The notes under the pieces: generated by a model | What the model saw: only the letters and a program-made list of their open reading frames with translations | The model's database searches: none | Told to the model about the DNA's origin: nothing | Part shown: in pieces, positions 46,791 to 58,917 of the stretch | How positions within the stretch are numbered: position 1 is the first letter of the stretch | Layout: every line of letters begins with the position of its first letter | Position numbers and translations under genes: made by a program | Assembly (NCBI GenBank): GCA_008632985.1 | Contig: QPGO01000001.1 | Coordinates: 528,404 to 592,403 of the forward strand | From: Psammoneis japonica | Lineage: Eukaryota | Direction: 5' to 3' | DNA length: 64,000 bases

Positions 46791-49700
46791 CATTGGCGGT
46801 GGGATCTTGAGATGACCGCTGACTCGTGGAGAGATTGCTTGGGGTTTTAGCACAATTTCATGTTTAAAAACCAGTGCTTCGGATCATTGACACAGATGCA
46901 AATGAAGGTGATCTCTTGTCTCTTTGCACTCTTTTGATGATGTGGTGCAATTGTGTCTTCTTTTTAGCATCGCGGCCGAGCAATTGATCCAATGCATTTG
47001 TGCAGCATGCCTCAGTGCTGGACAACACGGCGAGACCATGCATGGCCTCTTGTGCATGGCAGCGCAGCATTGCCAACATGCACCTGGGAAGCATGACCAC
47101 AGGAGGGCATGGCTCCATGTATCAGGCAATCTAGAAGAATGCCAAGAGAGCACCCGTGTGAAGCACTCTAACCTGTTGTCTGGCCCACAACAGCAGTGTG
47201 ATTCCACACGATGACATCACTCATGCATGGCGCGTGATGGTGTGATTTGCACGATCCACAATGCAAATGCACAATCAATTGGCATGATCCAAAATGCAAA
47301 CAAACAGGAATTTGGCAAGATTTCCCACTCACATGATTCCATTTCTCCACACATGAACTGGCTCACAATTTTCACAATGACACATTTGTGACACACCTGC
47401 TTTTTCATCACCCGTTGCATGCACAGGGCACAGTGATGTTGCTCCTGCACAGCATGCGAGGTTACAAAATCTACAAAAACGAATGCTGCGACATGTTGGC
47501 AGGACCGACAAACTCAAAAACCACCCTGAAGAAGCGTCTCAAGCCACCAATTCTGTTTGCACAGCTGGAGAAGAAGGAACCACAGCAGGGTGAGTGCCAG
47601 ACGTTCAAGCTGCACAACAACCCCGCTGATGCTGACAGTCCAATGCATGAGATGGGTCCACCATGCTTTTCTGCGGGAACATGCAAGGAACTTTTCATTT
47701 TTGTCTGCAACACCTGGCGACTGCATCAAGGACAAAACATCACTGCAGGGTGGGCAAAGTGTGCACTTGTGCGCAGGCTTCATGAGGGTGATGCCCTGAC
47801 AACCTTCAATGGTGCCGCTGATGCGCAACCTTCTGAAACCAACACTGCACATGCTGCATGCATGGCGAAGCTGAAGGAAAGCATCTTCCCTCACAGGGTG
47901 GTGCTGTTGCAGAAACGTTGTTTGTGAGACTTCGTGCACAAACCAACTGAGGTTTCTGCTCATGACCATGTCGTGAGGGCTGTTGAAGTTGATGGCTTCA
48001 TCTCTCAGTTTCCACCTGTGACGCAGGGAGGAGAAACACCAGAGCCATTGCCCAATGACAAACTCTGTGACTTGAACTCTGCATAATTTTGACCCGTTGG
48101 CTCATGCCATGTCCGAGTTTGTACAATTCTGCTGGCGGATCGAGCAGGTCGAGTCCACCGAAGGTAACCAGGACCAACATGCCAAGGTTCCACGCAAGCA
48201 GGGCCACAGAACGGACAATCCTGAGCCATTGATCACAAATCAGAAGAACACCCAGAAGTCATGCATGCTCCACGGGACTGACTGTGGACATCATGCGGAC
48301 AATTGCCGTGCACTCAAGCACCGCGTGAAACGTGTCAAGACCAGCCATGCCAATGGTGGAGGCAGCAAGCCTGACAAAAAACTTCAGAATGAAGAAGACA
48401 TTCACACCATCATTGGCATGAAGGTAGATGAACATTTTGCCAATGCTCAGAAAAAGCACAAGGCATGTGAGGAAGAGCTCAATCACTTCCGCAACCTCAA
48501 CTTAAGTGATTCCGACAATTTGGACGCCTGAGAAGGGGGCCGACACAACACTGGCAGTTTCAATGCATTGGACGAATGTGTGAATGAACAACTGACACAC
48601 CATCGCACACATGTTGCAGACCAATCCCGCAAACAAGTTAAAAAGACTCACCTCACACCAATCTTGTTTGCAGCTGTGAATGCTGAGCATGGCAAAGCAA
48701 GACTCAGACTGTCAAGGCGCTGCCAGATGGTGGTGCCAGCAGCGCTCCACTGGACAAGTGACGCTGCAAGTGTTTGTGAACCCGTTCAATGGCTGAGACA
48801 AGCTGGACAATGGCAGCAGGCTCATTCAGTGTAGTCAGTGATTGCGCCGTCAAATTTAAGTCACCAGAACCATCCGAGACTGCAGAACTCACACATGCCA
48901 TCCACGTGCACAATGGAAAGTTGGGCAAGTGCGACATGATCATTGGACAAGACATTCTGGAGACACAAGGCATGGACATTGTCTTCTCTAAACAGATGAC
49001 AGAGTGGCCAACAGTCAATGGAGAAGTGCCAATGTGGCACGCAGATGTGACAGTGGAAACCTCCTTCTTTCTCAACAATCCAGAAGCCTCAACTTCGGAA
49101 ACCGACTGGATTTCACGCAGCAGTTTGGATGCCAAGTGTGCGCCGGCATGGCTCAAGGACATGACACAAGGGGCAACAGGACTTTCTGTTGCACAACAGG
49201 ACAACCTCTTGGCATTGTTGAAATGCCATGAGTCCTCATTTGATGGGACATTGGGAGAATGGAAAGGAGAACCCTGCCACATCCAACTCAAGGATGACGC
49301 AGAACCACACCACGCTCGTCTGCACAAAGTGCCTCGTGCACACAAAGCTGCGCTGTGCAAAGAAGCAGAGCGCCTTGCACACACAGGTGTTCTCAAACGT
49401 GTCAACCGATCCCAATGGGCAGCTCCATCATTTGTCACACCAAAGAAAGACTCAACGGTGTGGTTTGTCAATGATTTCCAGGAGCTGAACAAATGGACCA
49501 AGCGATTGCCTTGTCCAATCCCTCACTTGATGGGACATCAGGAGAATGGAAGGGAGAACCCTGCCATGCCCAACTCAAAGAGGAAGTGGAGTGCCTTGTG
49601 CACACAGGTGTTCTCAAACATGTTGACCAATCCCAATGGGTGGCTCCATCATTTGTCACACGGAAGAAAGACTTGACGGTGCAGTTTGTCAATGACTTGA

Positions 49701-50511
49701 GGGAGCTGAACAAACAGATCAAGTGATTGCCTTGCCCAGTTCCCAATGTCCAAGACATGCTGCTGCCAAAGCTCAAAGGCTTTGTGTGGGCTGCATCATT
49801 GGATCTTAACACGGGGTGTTGTCATGTTTGTTTGGATGCTGACAGCAAGAAGCTGTGCATGCTCATCTTACCGTGGGGAAAGTGTGAGATGCAAGTGTCA
49901 ATCATGGGGTTGTGCAACTCACCAGACATCTTCCAAGAAAGAATGTCAGGCTTGTTTGAAGATCTGTTGTTCATTCAAACGCACTTGGATGACCTTCTCA
50001 TCGCAATGAAAGGCACCTGTGAAGATCACCCCAAGAAACTAGAATGAGCACTGTTGAGGGTCCAGAAAGCAGGGCCAAAGGTCAGCACAACTAAGTCGCA
50101 CTTCTGTCAAACCCAATTGGAGCACTTGGGTCATCTCGTGAACAGAGATGGCATGCAACCAATGCGCAAAAAAGTTGAAGCCATTGAACGCATCGTGAAG
50201 CCTGCAAATGAGCACGACCTGCGCTCATTTGTGGGTGTGGTCAACTGCCATCGCGACACGTGAATTGGACGTTCTGAAGTCTTGGCTCCACTGACACAAC
50301 TTGTCAGCAAGACTGTTTGGTGGGAATGGACATCCGTTGAAGATGAGGCATTTGAAACTGTCAAATGGGTGCTGTTGACGAATGATGTCTTGTCAACACA
50401 TCCTGATTTTGGCGAGCCCTTTGAGATGCATGCCGATGCCTTGAAATGTCAATTGGGAGCAGTTGTGTCCCAGGATGACAGACCAATCACATTCCACAGC
50501 AAAAAGCTCAA

Positions 50512-51005
50512 GGCTGGATCATTGTTTTGCACTGTTTTTTTAAACTGCACTTCGCCCGTGTCATTTTGCGATGCCTCTGAGCACCCCCAAACACATGTGA
50601 GTGTGTCCAGCCCCCATCAGGGCTGTTGGACCTGTGTGTGAACTGCACTTGTTAACCTTCAAACGCCAACCATTGTCTTTGGTGTGGTTGTCATGTTTGA
50701 CGAAGCTCCGTTTTTTGCCAAAATCTGACTGCTGACAGCAGACAAGCCACAACTTTCCAGGAAATGCCAACAATTGGCATTTGACCGGCCACCGACACAT
50801 CTGCAGTTGTCAAGCTGCACATCACGCATGGTTGCAACCATCACACGTGCATTCTCTGTGTTGTCTTACAAACAGACAAAGTTCAACCTGTCACTGAATT
50901 TTTGTTTGGCTGATGCGCGCAGTGTCAGTGCGACAAATCTGGGTTGTTTTTAAATGTTTGCAAGCTCTCCAAATGAAGTTGACCGCAAAACGATGATCAA
51001 TCCTT
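50512..51005 (+). mobile_element. Non-autonomous TIR element (GGMTGGATC termini) inserted in Gypsy RNase H
   Basis: TIR GGCTGGATCATTGTTTTGC / GCAAAACGATGATCAATCC; interrupts K-L-N-D at a former TTAA site. Confidence 0.7.
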
Positions 51006-51009
51006 TTAA

Positions 51010-51511
51010 CCCTTCAACCACTGGACTTGAGCAAATCTCCACGGGTGGAGATTTGCTTGCTTGCATCACAAACACAGTGCACGAAGCAACTTCAGACATG
51101 TGCGACATTTTGTTTGCGCGATTTTGTTTTGGACCGCGCATTCGCCAAAAATCTGGGGGAACCCTTTTTGTAATTTTGAAAGTTCAATGTCAACTTTTGA
51201 CACCGGGTTCTTTGCAAGCTGCATCTGTGAACAGAGAGGAACTAAATCTCAACATTCAACAGAGTGCAGGTTGTCATGAGCTGCTGTCACAAATGGAGCA
51301 ACAATGCCACACCCTTGGAGCAAATCTCCACCGGTGGAGATTTGCTCCCAAAATGAGCAAATGCACGTGGTGTGCTTTACGCAGATTGTGCATGATGTGA
51401 CATTTTTGTGCTGTGTCCATTGCATTGTTGTGAAAGTGCATGACACATCACAGATCCTCAAGTGGAGCAAATCTCCACGGGTGGAGATTTGCTCCCCTGG
51501 TGGTTGAAGGG
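51010..51511. mobile_element. piggyBac-type MITE with three internal palindromes
   Basis: TTAA|CCCTTCAACCAC ... GTGGTTGAAGGG|TTGA; GAGCAAATCTCCACSGGTGGAGATTTGCT at about 51029, 51318 and 51465. Confidence 0.85.
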
Positions 51512-51682
51512 TTGATGATGCACAACTGAGCTGTGCAACAACAGAGAGAGAATTGCTTGCCATTGTGGAGACGTTGAAAGAATTTCGAACAATGCTCCTT
51601 GGTCATCGTGTGATCGTGTGCACTGATCATAAAATCTCACGCACAAACTGTTCAATGCAAAACGCGTGATGTGCTGGCAGTT

Positions 51683-51973
51683 CAATGGCAATCTTTCGTG
51701 CCACAGAGTCATTGTTTCATGATGAAATTGTCTGTCCGTCCACCCTTGGTGAATTTTAATTCTGCGAAAAATGGACTTTGCTGCAAACTGATCAGGCGCA
51801 TTTTTAGAACAACACATTTGCAGAAATGCGCCTGATCAGTCAGCAGCAATGTCCGTTTTTGCAAAAGTTTTGAGATGACAACAGTTTTGGTGCAAAAACA
51901 TGTAGATTCTGTGGACGTCCACAAGCAATTTGTGCGATTTGTGTCACGGGTCATTTTCGAAAGATTCCTGTTG
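51683..51973. mobile_element. Short TIR insertion splitting the Gypsy RNase H end (RW...EEYG region)
   Basis: CAATGGCAATCTTTCG / CGAAAGATTCCTGTTG inverted ends; internal inverted repeat CTGATCAGGCGCATTT...AAATGCGCCTGATCAG; TSD unresolved. Confidence 0.55.
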
Positions 51974-53757
51974 ACATGTGAAGAACACGGTCCCAAATTG
52001 CATCATGTCAAGGGCACCCACAACCCAGTTGCTGATGCTCTTGGTTGCCTTTGGCTGGCACCACCTTTGCCTTCCGAATCCAATCCAGATGCAAAAGACA
52101 CTCCATTGAGTCATCCTTTGCATGAAGCTTTCAATGCAGACGGGCTGGATGTCGCACCTCTGCCTGTTGGCTTCAAGAGGACAAGTGCGTGCTGTCGCAA
52201 GCTGAGGACTCGTCTGACTGCTCCATTCGCGTGTGTCATGGGGGAGGGTCATCACGACAGTCAACATGTCACAAGGACAAAATCACAGCACCACAGTCTT
52301 TGCAGGTTCTGCCAACTGAATGGCACCATGAGACACTGTGTCATCCAGGTGAGGCACGTGCGGACATGTCCATTGCCCAGCACTTCTGCTGGCCTGGCAT
52401 GAGGTCTATGGTGCATTCTACGTGCATTGATTTCGATCGATGTCAGAGGACAAAACACCAAATGCAGTGTCATGGGAAGCTGCCAGAAAAGGTCACTGAG
52501 ACAACTCCATGGGAGACTCTGTGCATTGACATGACAGGCCCCTGTAAAATCCAAAGACATGGAAAGGACACCTTGCAATTGTGGGTGGTCACTGTGATCG
52601 ATCCGGCAACTGGATGGTTTGAGATCAAGGAAGTGTCTGCGAAATGCGCAGACGCAGCAGCAAATGTTGTGGAACAAACTTGGCCATGCCGATGTCCGTG
52701 GCCAACCCAGGCAGTGCATGACCGTGGGACAGAGTTCATGACAGATTTTAGCCAAATGATCAAAAATGACTGTGGGATTCTGAAGAAACCCACAAGTGAA
52801 TGCAATCCACAGGCGAGCGCCACAGTGGAACGTGCGCACCAGACACTTGGTGATGTGGTGTGTTCATTTTCAGTGCAAGACACGGAAGTGGACAAGGATG
52901 ACCCATGGAGTGGCATTCTGTCTGCTGCAGCCTTTGCTGTCAGAGCTGCGGCACACACAACCACACATGCAAGCCCCGCGTGGTTGGTCTTTGGACGGGA
53001 TGCAATTTCATCTGTTGCCCATCATGCTGAGTCGAAGCACATGGAAACCAGAAAGCAGAAGCTTGTTGACTGAAACAACAAGCATGAAAATCAGAAATGC
53101 AAAGAGCACTGATGTGCCACTGGGCAGTTGGCACTCACAAAACAAGAACAATCTTCTAAGCACAGTTCTGACTGCTGTGCAGGACCTGCCAGAGTTGTCT
53201 GTGTGTGTGACAATGGCACGTTGCACACCCAGAACAGAGCGCTGATGGATGCGCACAATCTGCGGCAGATTGTGCCCCATCACCAGCAAGACATTCTGTC
53301 ACTCAACAGCCCTGATCATGGGAGAGTGTGCAGCATGCCTCAGCACTGGACAACACTGCAAGACCATGCAGAGCCTCTTGTGCATGGCAGTGCAGTGTTG
53401 CCAACACGCACCTGGGAAGCACGACCATGGGAGGGCGTGGCTCAATGTCTCAGGCTGTCTAGAAGGATGTTAAGATGGCACCCGTGTGAAGCACTCTAAC
53501 CCGTTGTCTGGCCCACAACAGCAGGGTGGTTCCACACAATGACATCCCTCATGCATGGCGCGTGATGGTGTGATTCGCACGACCCACAATGCGAAGGCAC
53601 GATCAATTGGTGCGATCCAAAATGCAAACAAACAGGAATTTGGCAAGATTCCCTGTTTGCACAACTCCATTTCTCTGCACATAAACTGGCTCATAATTTT
53701 CACAACGACACATTTGCAACACATCTGCTTTTCGTCACCCATTGCATGCACAGGGCA

Positions 53758-56700
53758 TTTGCACTGCATCAGATTTTCAACTCACATGCCTGGCAACACA
53801 CGGACAGTGCGACCATTTTTTCCACAACTTCATGCCACAAATCACCAAACACTTGTCACTCTTCATGCACAATGCACGTTTGATCACTCTGAAGAGGAAA
53901 TTTTCCATTTGTTGCCAGTTTGTGCCAGAGCCACCCTGAAACTTGCAGTGCAAAGTCTTGCTGCTTTCCAACTCCTCCCTCCGACGACCCGAAACCAACT
54001 CGCGGTGAAGCATGAGAATGTGTCAAACAGTGGCGGCACCAGCTGTTGTTGGCTCTGCCACTTTTTGCACCACTCTTCTTTCACACATGCAGGTCAATTG
54101 GCCACGCTGCATGATCACAGCAACAGAAAGTGCAGCAATGGGTGGTGCCATCATTGCAAAGTGCCGATGGTGTTTCCTGCATGGCCATGTGTTGTTTTGT
54201 GAGAGGCACAGGTGAAACATTGGAGGGAGTCTCTGCAGAATGACTCTGTGTGGCCTCCCGGTGCAAACTGGCAATGAATGGAAAATTTCCTCTTCAGAGT
54301 GACAGAACAAGCTTTGCATGCAAAGAGTGATTGGCACTTTGCAGTGGTCCATGGGCAATCGTCCAGCCATGCAGGTGGCTCTTCACAAACTGTGCAGGGC
54401 CCTGGGGCATGCACTGGAACTTGTGCAGAATCCTGTGACAACACAACTCCATTTCTGTGATGACAACAAGCAGCAATGCACGGTCCAATCTGGTGCACTT
54501 TGCATGATGACATGAAAGAGGGAATCCTCTTCTTTCCTTCATTCCTGCTGAAATGCTCCCAATTTGGCATGTCATTTAGTCTTGGCACCAAACACCAGGG
54601 TGCCGCACCCGCATTTTTTCAACAAGGAAATTGTTGTGCATTTGACCAAGAAATTGGTCAACACAATTGATTGCAGTCATTCTGGTCCTCATTCAGGAGC
54701 TTTTGCTGTGATGATGCAAGATCAAAATCTCTTTGACATGTGCCAAAATGAAAACCCAGGGTGGCACACCCGCGCGCGTGAAACAGCTGCATCTCTTTTA
54801 GACCAAATGCTTTGCCATTGGTTTCCCATTGAGACCTCTTCAGAACTTGACACAGAACAACAGTGTGGCATCATGTCATGTCGAAAGTGTGTTGGCAATG
54901 TCAAACAGAGCAGCTGTGAACAGAAATCCGGGCCCAAACAACAGTGTGCTGCAAGAAATGGCCATGCATGTTGCACTTTGATGTGTCTTGACATGGCAAA
55001 CATCATGGAGCCAATGCAGTTTTCATGGATGATCTCTTTCTGTCATTGTTGTGAAGAGGTTGAGTTGCTGGTTTGGTTTCCTGGGGGGCTTTGGTTGTGA
55101 CACATGGCGCAAATGGTTGCGGGCCTTGACTTGTGCCTCCATTGCTGTGCAGTGCGGATGACATCTTAACAGTTGACGACATTGCCGTGGTGAGTTGGTT
55201 TCTCTGTTTTCTCATTTTGTGACATTTGTGTGCTCACCAAAAATGTTGTTTGTGCTTTGTCACAGCTTCACAGGTGAAGCAATCATCTCGCATGGTCGAT
55301 CATTGCATCTGCAATGTCAGCATCTTTTTCATGCCTTTTGAACCATCACAGCACATTCATTTGGGAGCCTTGTGCTTCACCCCACTCTGCATCCTTTGAT
55401 GTGCCTGTTGCAAACACCAAGCTGGATTTGTGACTCGCTTTGTGTCCTTCTTGGGGTCTTGGTTGGCGCAAAATGACGGCATGTCATTTTCTGGCCATCA
55501 CAATTTCTGAAAAGTGCACGCCGCACAAACAAGATGATGCGATGGACCCTCGGGGATGCCCATGATGTTGGCACTTGTCAGACAGCCTCAGCACAGTTCG
55601 AACAAGGTACAATTGTGAGTGTGTTGTGGTTGATGGATGTTTGGGGCGTTTTGACAAACTCGCAGACCTCGCCAGCTCTTTTTGGTGTGTCTGTTTCATG
55701 CATGCAGGTGTCTGGTCCATGGCAAGCCTTCTTCCTGCTGTGCAACCACATTGTCTTCCTTGTCTAAGACATGATGTCACCCATGCCATTTTGGGAGATC
55801 TTGGTGCAGCACCAACAAGTCCAGGCTTTGAAATGGGCAAAATGGGGAGATGGAGGCTTGCGTGGCTGGGATCCTTGCTGGCTCTCAAGTGTGTGGATGT
55901 CACGAACCACTGGCGACACTTGGGGCCATGAAATTTGGCAGCGCAACTCAGCACTTTCTCTGAAAGGTGTTCCAGTGAGTGTGCTGAGATGTGAGGCCTC
56001 AGTGGCTTGTTGTTGTCTGCATTGTTCCATTCATGTTTTCATTTTGCCTGCCATTTTGCCAGCATGGATGTCTGGGACTGTGCGAGCTTGCAGCAGCTTT
56101 CCCAGGCCAATGTTCCACATGAAATGAGTCTTTTGATGTCATTTGTTGATTTGGGGAAATTTGTTTGTGAAACGTTCAGTCTAGCGAGGAAATGGATAAA
56201 ACAATTTGGAGCCGGTTGTAGAAAAGTGATGAAATTTTTGGCGAGCATGCTGTTGTGTGTCAACGGCAGGGACATGGATGTCCAGTTAGATGGGAAGTGA
56301 CACACCCACGTGGTGGCCACAGGGAGCTTGAGACCTTTGCGTTGATGTTGAGGTTTGTCCAACATGCGCAGACAGACAAAAATCAAATGTTAAAAATCAA
56401 CATGGGCAGCCCCTTTGACAGGCCAAAAGTGGGGGAAACTGAATGTCAACTCTCACACACACCACACCGACATGATGCCACATCAACTTTGTTCTGTTGT
56501 TTTGTTCTCCTTTGTGATTCCACTGTTGCTCTCTGTTGTGATCACATGCCAATGCACTTGCTTCTCTGTTGGCTTGTCATGAGCAAGCGCATCTTGCAAG
56601 CGCCATTTTGCTTCCTCTTTGTGGGGTTGAACCTGAATCTTGTGAGGATTTGCCAGCCAATCAGTGGTTGAAAGCTGCAAAGCAACAATCAACCAAAACA

Positions 56701-56771
56701 CAACTCTTGGAAGGAGTGGCTGTAAAATGGCAAGGTGCACAACAATTTCTGTGTCAGAGAAATTGTGGGCC
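53758..56771. repeat. Unclassified TpA-depleted transposon remnants
   Basis: Same compositional signature. Inverted homology CACTCTGAAGAGGAAATTTTCCATT (about 53885) versus AATGGAAAATTTCCTCTTCAGAGTG (about 54278). Confidence 0.45.
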
Positions 56772-56775
56772 AATC

Positions 56776-58913
56776 GACGTGTTCCAGTCCCAGGTGACGC
56801 ACAAAACGACAATCGATTTTGAGTGTAATTTATGCATCCTTTAGTGTATGAAGCATTTTCACACAAAATACTTAGACAGATTGACTTTTTTTAGGCTTGT
56901 AGAGCATGAAAATTTAAATAATTTTTTGAGGGGTATTCAAGTCCTCATGGGATATGTATCATAAACTTCCTCAGTAGACTCAATTCTGATTGTACGTCAG
57001 TAGATTTATACTTAGATTTCTTTGTAGGTAAAAAACCTACCAAATGGCATCGTAGAAAGACACATTTAGGTAACATCCAAATAACGGCCATTTTTTTGCC
57101 GAATATCATCCGTTGTGTCACGAATCTTTTAACGGGGACCCCCCGTAAGTCTGTACATCGCCCGTGGCTGCTTCAGCTCCGCGATAGCTCCGTGAAATTT
57201 TTTTATCACAAAAACAGCAAACCAACCACGAAGATCACCGAGGCCGTAAGGCTTCTTATGACCGCTTTTCCAGCTAGGTTGCCATGCATGTGGATGGACA
57301 GTGACCTCATGCTGAAGGCACTGCAACGTGGTGTCTTTCCATGACCACATAAAGATGACATCTCATCTGCTCTCCGAGGTGCCTCAAATTCACTTGCCCT
57401 CCGAGTAGACGACTGCGGAGGCAAGCGCTGCCATGCTGTTGCTCTGGCGGGTGAAGAACTCCAGCGCAATTGCTGTGAAGCACAGGAGTTTGAAGGGTGT
57501 CATCTTCAAAGAATTGGGAGCAAACATTTCCTGAGCAGCGCGAGGGAAAAGGACGGCACGGCAGCAGTGGAGGCCACTCAAATGTTGCAAGAAGCAGGCC
57601 ACTCACAAAAGGAGAATAACGGTGATGCTGCTCCCCAAGCTTGTGGCAATTCGGAAATGCAGCAAAGTGATTCAGAATCCAAGACTGTTGGTGATTGTGG
57701 ACGCAAAGAACCGGGTGAGAAATTGGTCGACATTGATTGGTCCATTGATTTTTTGCAAATGAGCTGCAGCAGCATGCCGTTGCATGACGATTGAGAGTGG
57801 TTTCTCTGTTTGGAGCCACTTGAGTGTGGCAACAACCATTGTCACATGATTCTAAGACACCAACGCAATGCTTTGCAGAGCATTGCCATTCGTCAACGAT
57901 CGGAATCAAGGCATCTGCGAAAACGCAACACGACTGGCGTGTTTGGTGTTTTTCTCTGTGCGGGAGTTGCTCGAGCACTGCAGCAGCCACTGTTGTGGTG
58001 TAAGACACCAATGCAATGCTTTGTAGAGTGTTTCCATCAGGCGCAACCCACTGTAGAATCGAGAGTTGCAGCATCAAAACCTGGAATTTAGAGCTGCACA
58101 TGCTGGCAAAAACAGCAGCGCGTCCAGTTGCAGTTTTCCCATTTCTGTCCATGTTTGTAACCTTCTGCTGTCAATCCTTTTGACCAAACCTCATCAACAG
58201 GATCAGAACAAATGATCCGTGGGAAAGCATTGACAGCCGGACAGTTGCAACGACCAAACAAACGTTTGTAAGATGCCAGACATTGGCGCAACACGAGAAA
58301 GAACATCAACATTTTGCGACTTGCTCCTCGTGCTGAAATCCTGGTCATCTTCCACACTAGAACCATGCATCATGTGCCGGCATTGCATGCTTCTTTTCGT
58401 CGGAGATTTCTTCCATTTGGGTGGGCTTGGAGGCGTTTGGGGTGTCGCTGCTGATTGGCAACGGCGACATTGATTTGCAATTGTTGTTGTCACAAAACAC
58501 TTTCTGCTGGTGATGCTTTTCGCCAAATGTCCCCAACAGGAGTAGAACAAACGATTTGTTGAAAACGATCGCCAGCAGGACAGCTGCAACAACGTTGGCA
58601 TGCAACAGACTCAAAGGGAAGTTGTCGCGTTGATTGACACGAGAAGGGTTGCGTTCCACTCAGAAAAGTGGCTCAATCGGATGGACGTACAGACTTACGG
58701 GGGGTCCCCGTCAACGCAATGAAAAACACAGATGGCACAACAACAATGACATTGCAACACTCACACGAGTCTTGTCAGTGTTGCAAGACATTTGTGTTTG
58801 TGTGAATCTACACTTTTGGTGGTGAAAGTTTGAACGTAAGTTAGGGACCGCGCAAAAATCGCGCAAATGTCGTTTTTGTGCACGATTTGGTTCACGTGCG
58901 GCTGGAACACGTC
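56776..58913 (+). mobile_element. GAC-TIR-family non-autonomous element (about 556 bp net) carrying a nested TTAA element
   Basis: TIR GACGTGTTCCAGTCCCAGGTGA / TCACGTGCGGCTGGAACACGTC; 4-bp TSD AATC. Confidence 0.85.
57133..58710 (+). mobile_element. Non-autonomous TTAA-type (piggyBac-like) element, 1578 bp
   Basis: 24-bp perfect TIR CGGGGACCCCCCGTAAGTCTGTAC; flanks TTAA (left) and TCAA (right); no recognisable ORF. Confidence 0.88.
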
Positions 58914-58917
58914 AATC

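Larger units (their letters stand above)
47001..53757 (+). mobile_element. Full-length degenerate Ty3/Gypsy LTR retrotransposon
   Basis: LTRs at 47001-47430 and 53329-53757 (TG...CA), TSD TTTG, polypurine tract GGGAGAG. gag with CMLHG..CGHH..NC knuckle, protease VKALPDGGAS, RT (QWAAPSF, THLDDLLI), RNase H (HADALKCQLGAV, TTERELLAIVE), integrase (CIDMTGP, HDRGTEF, VERAHQT) in Gypsy order. Confidence 0.92.
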
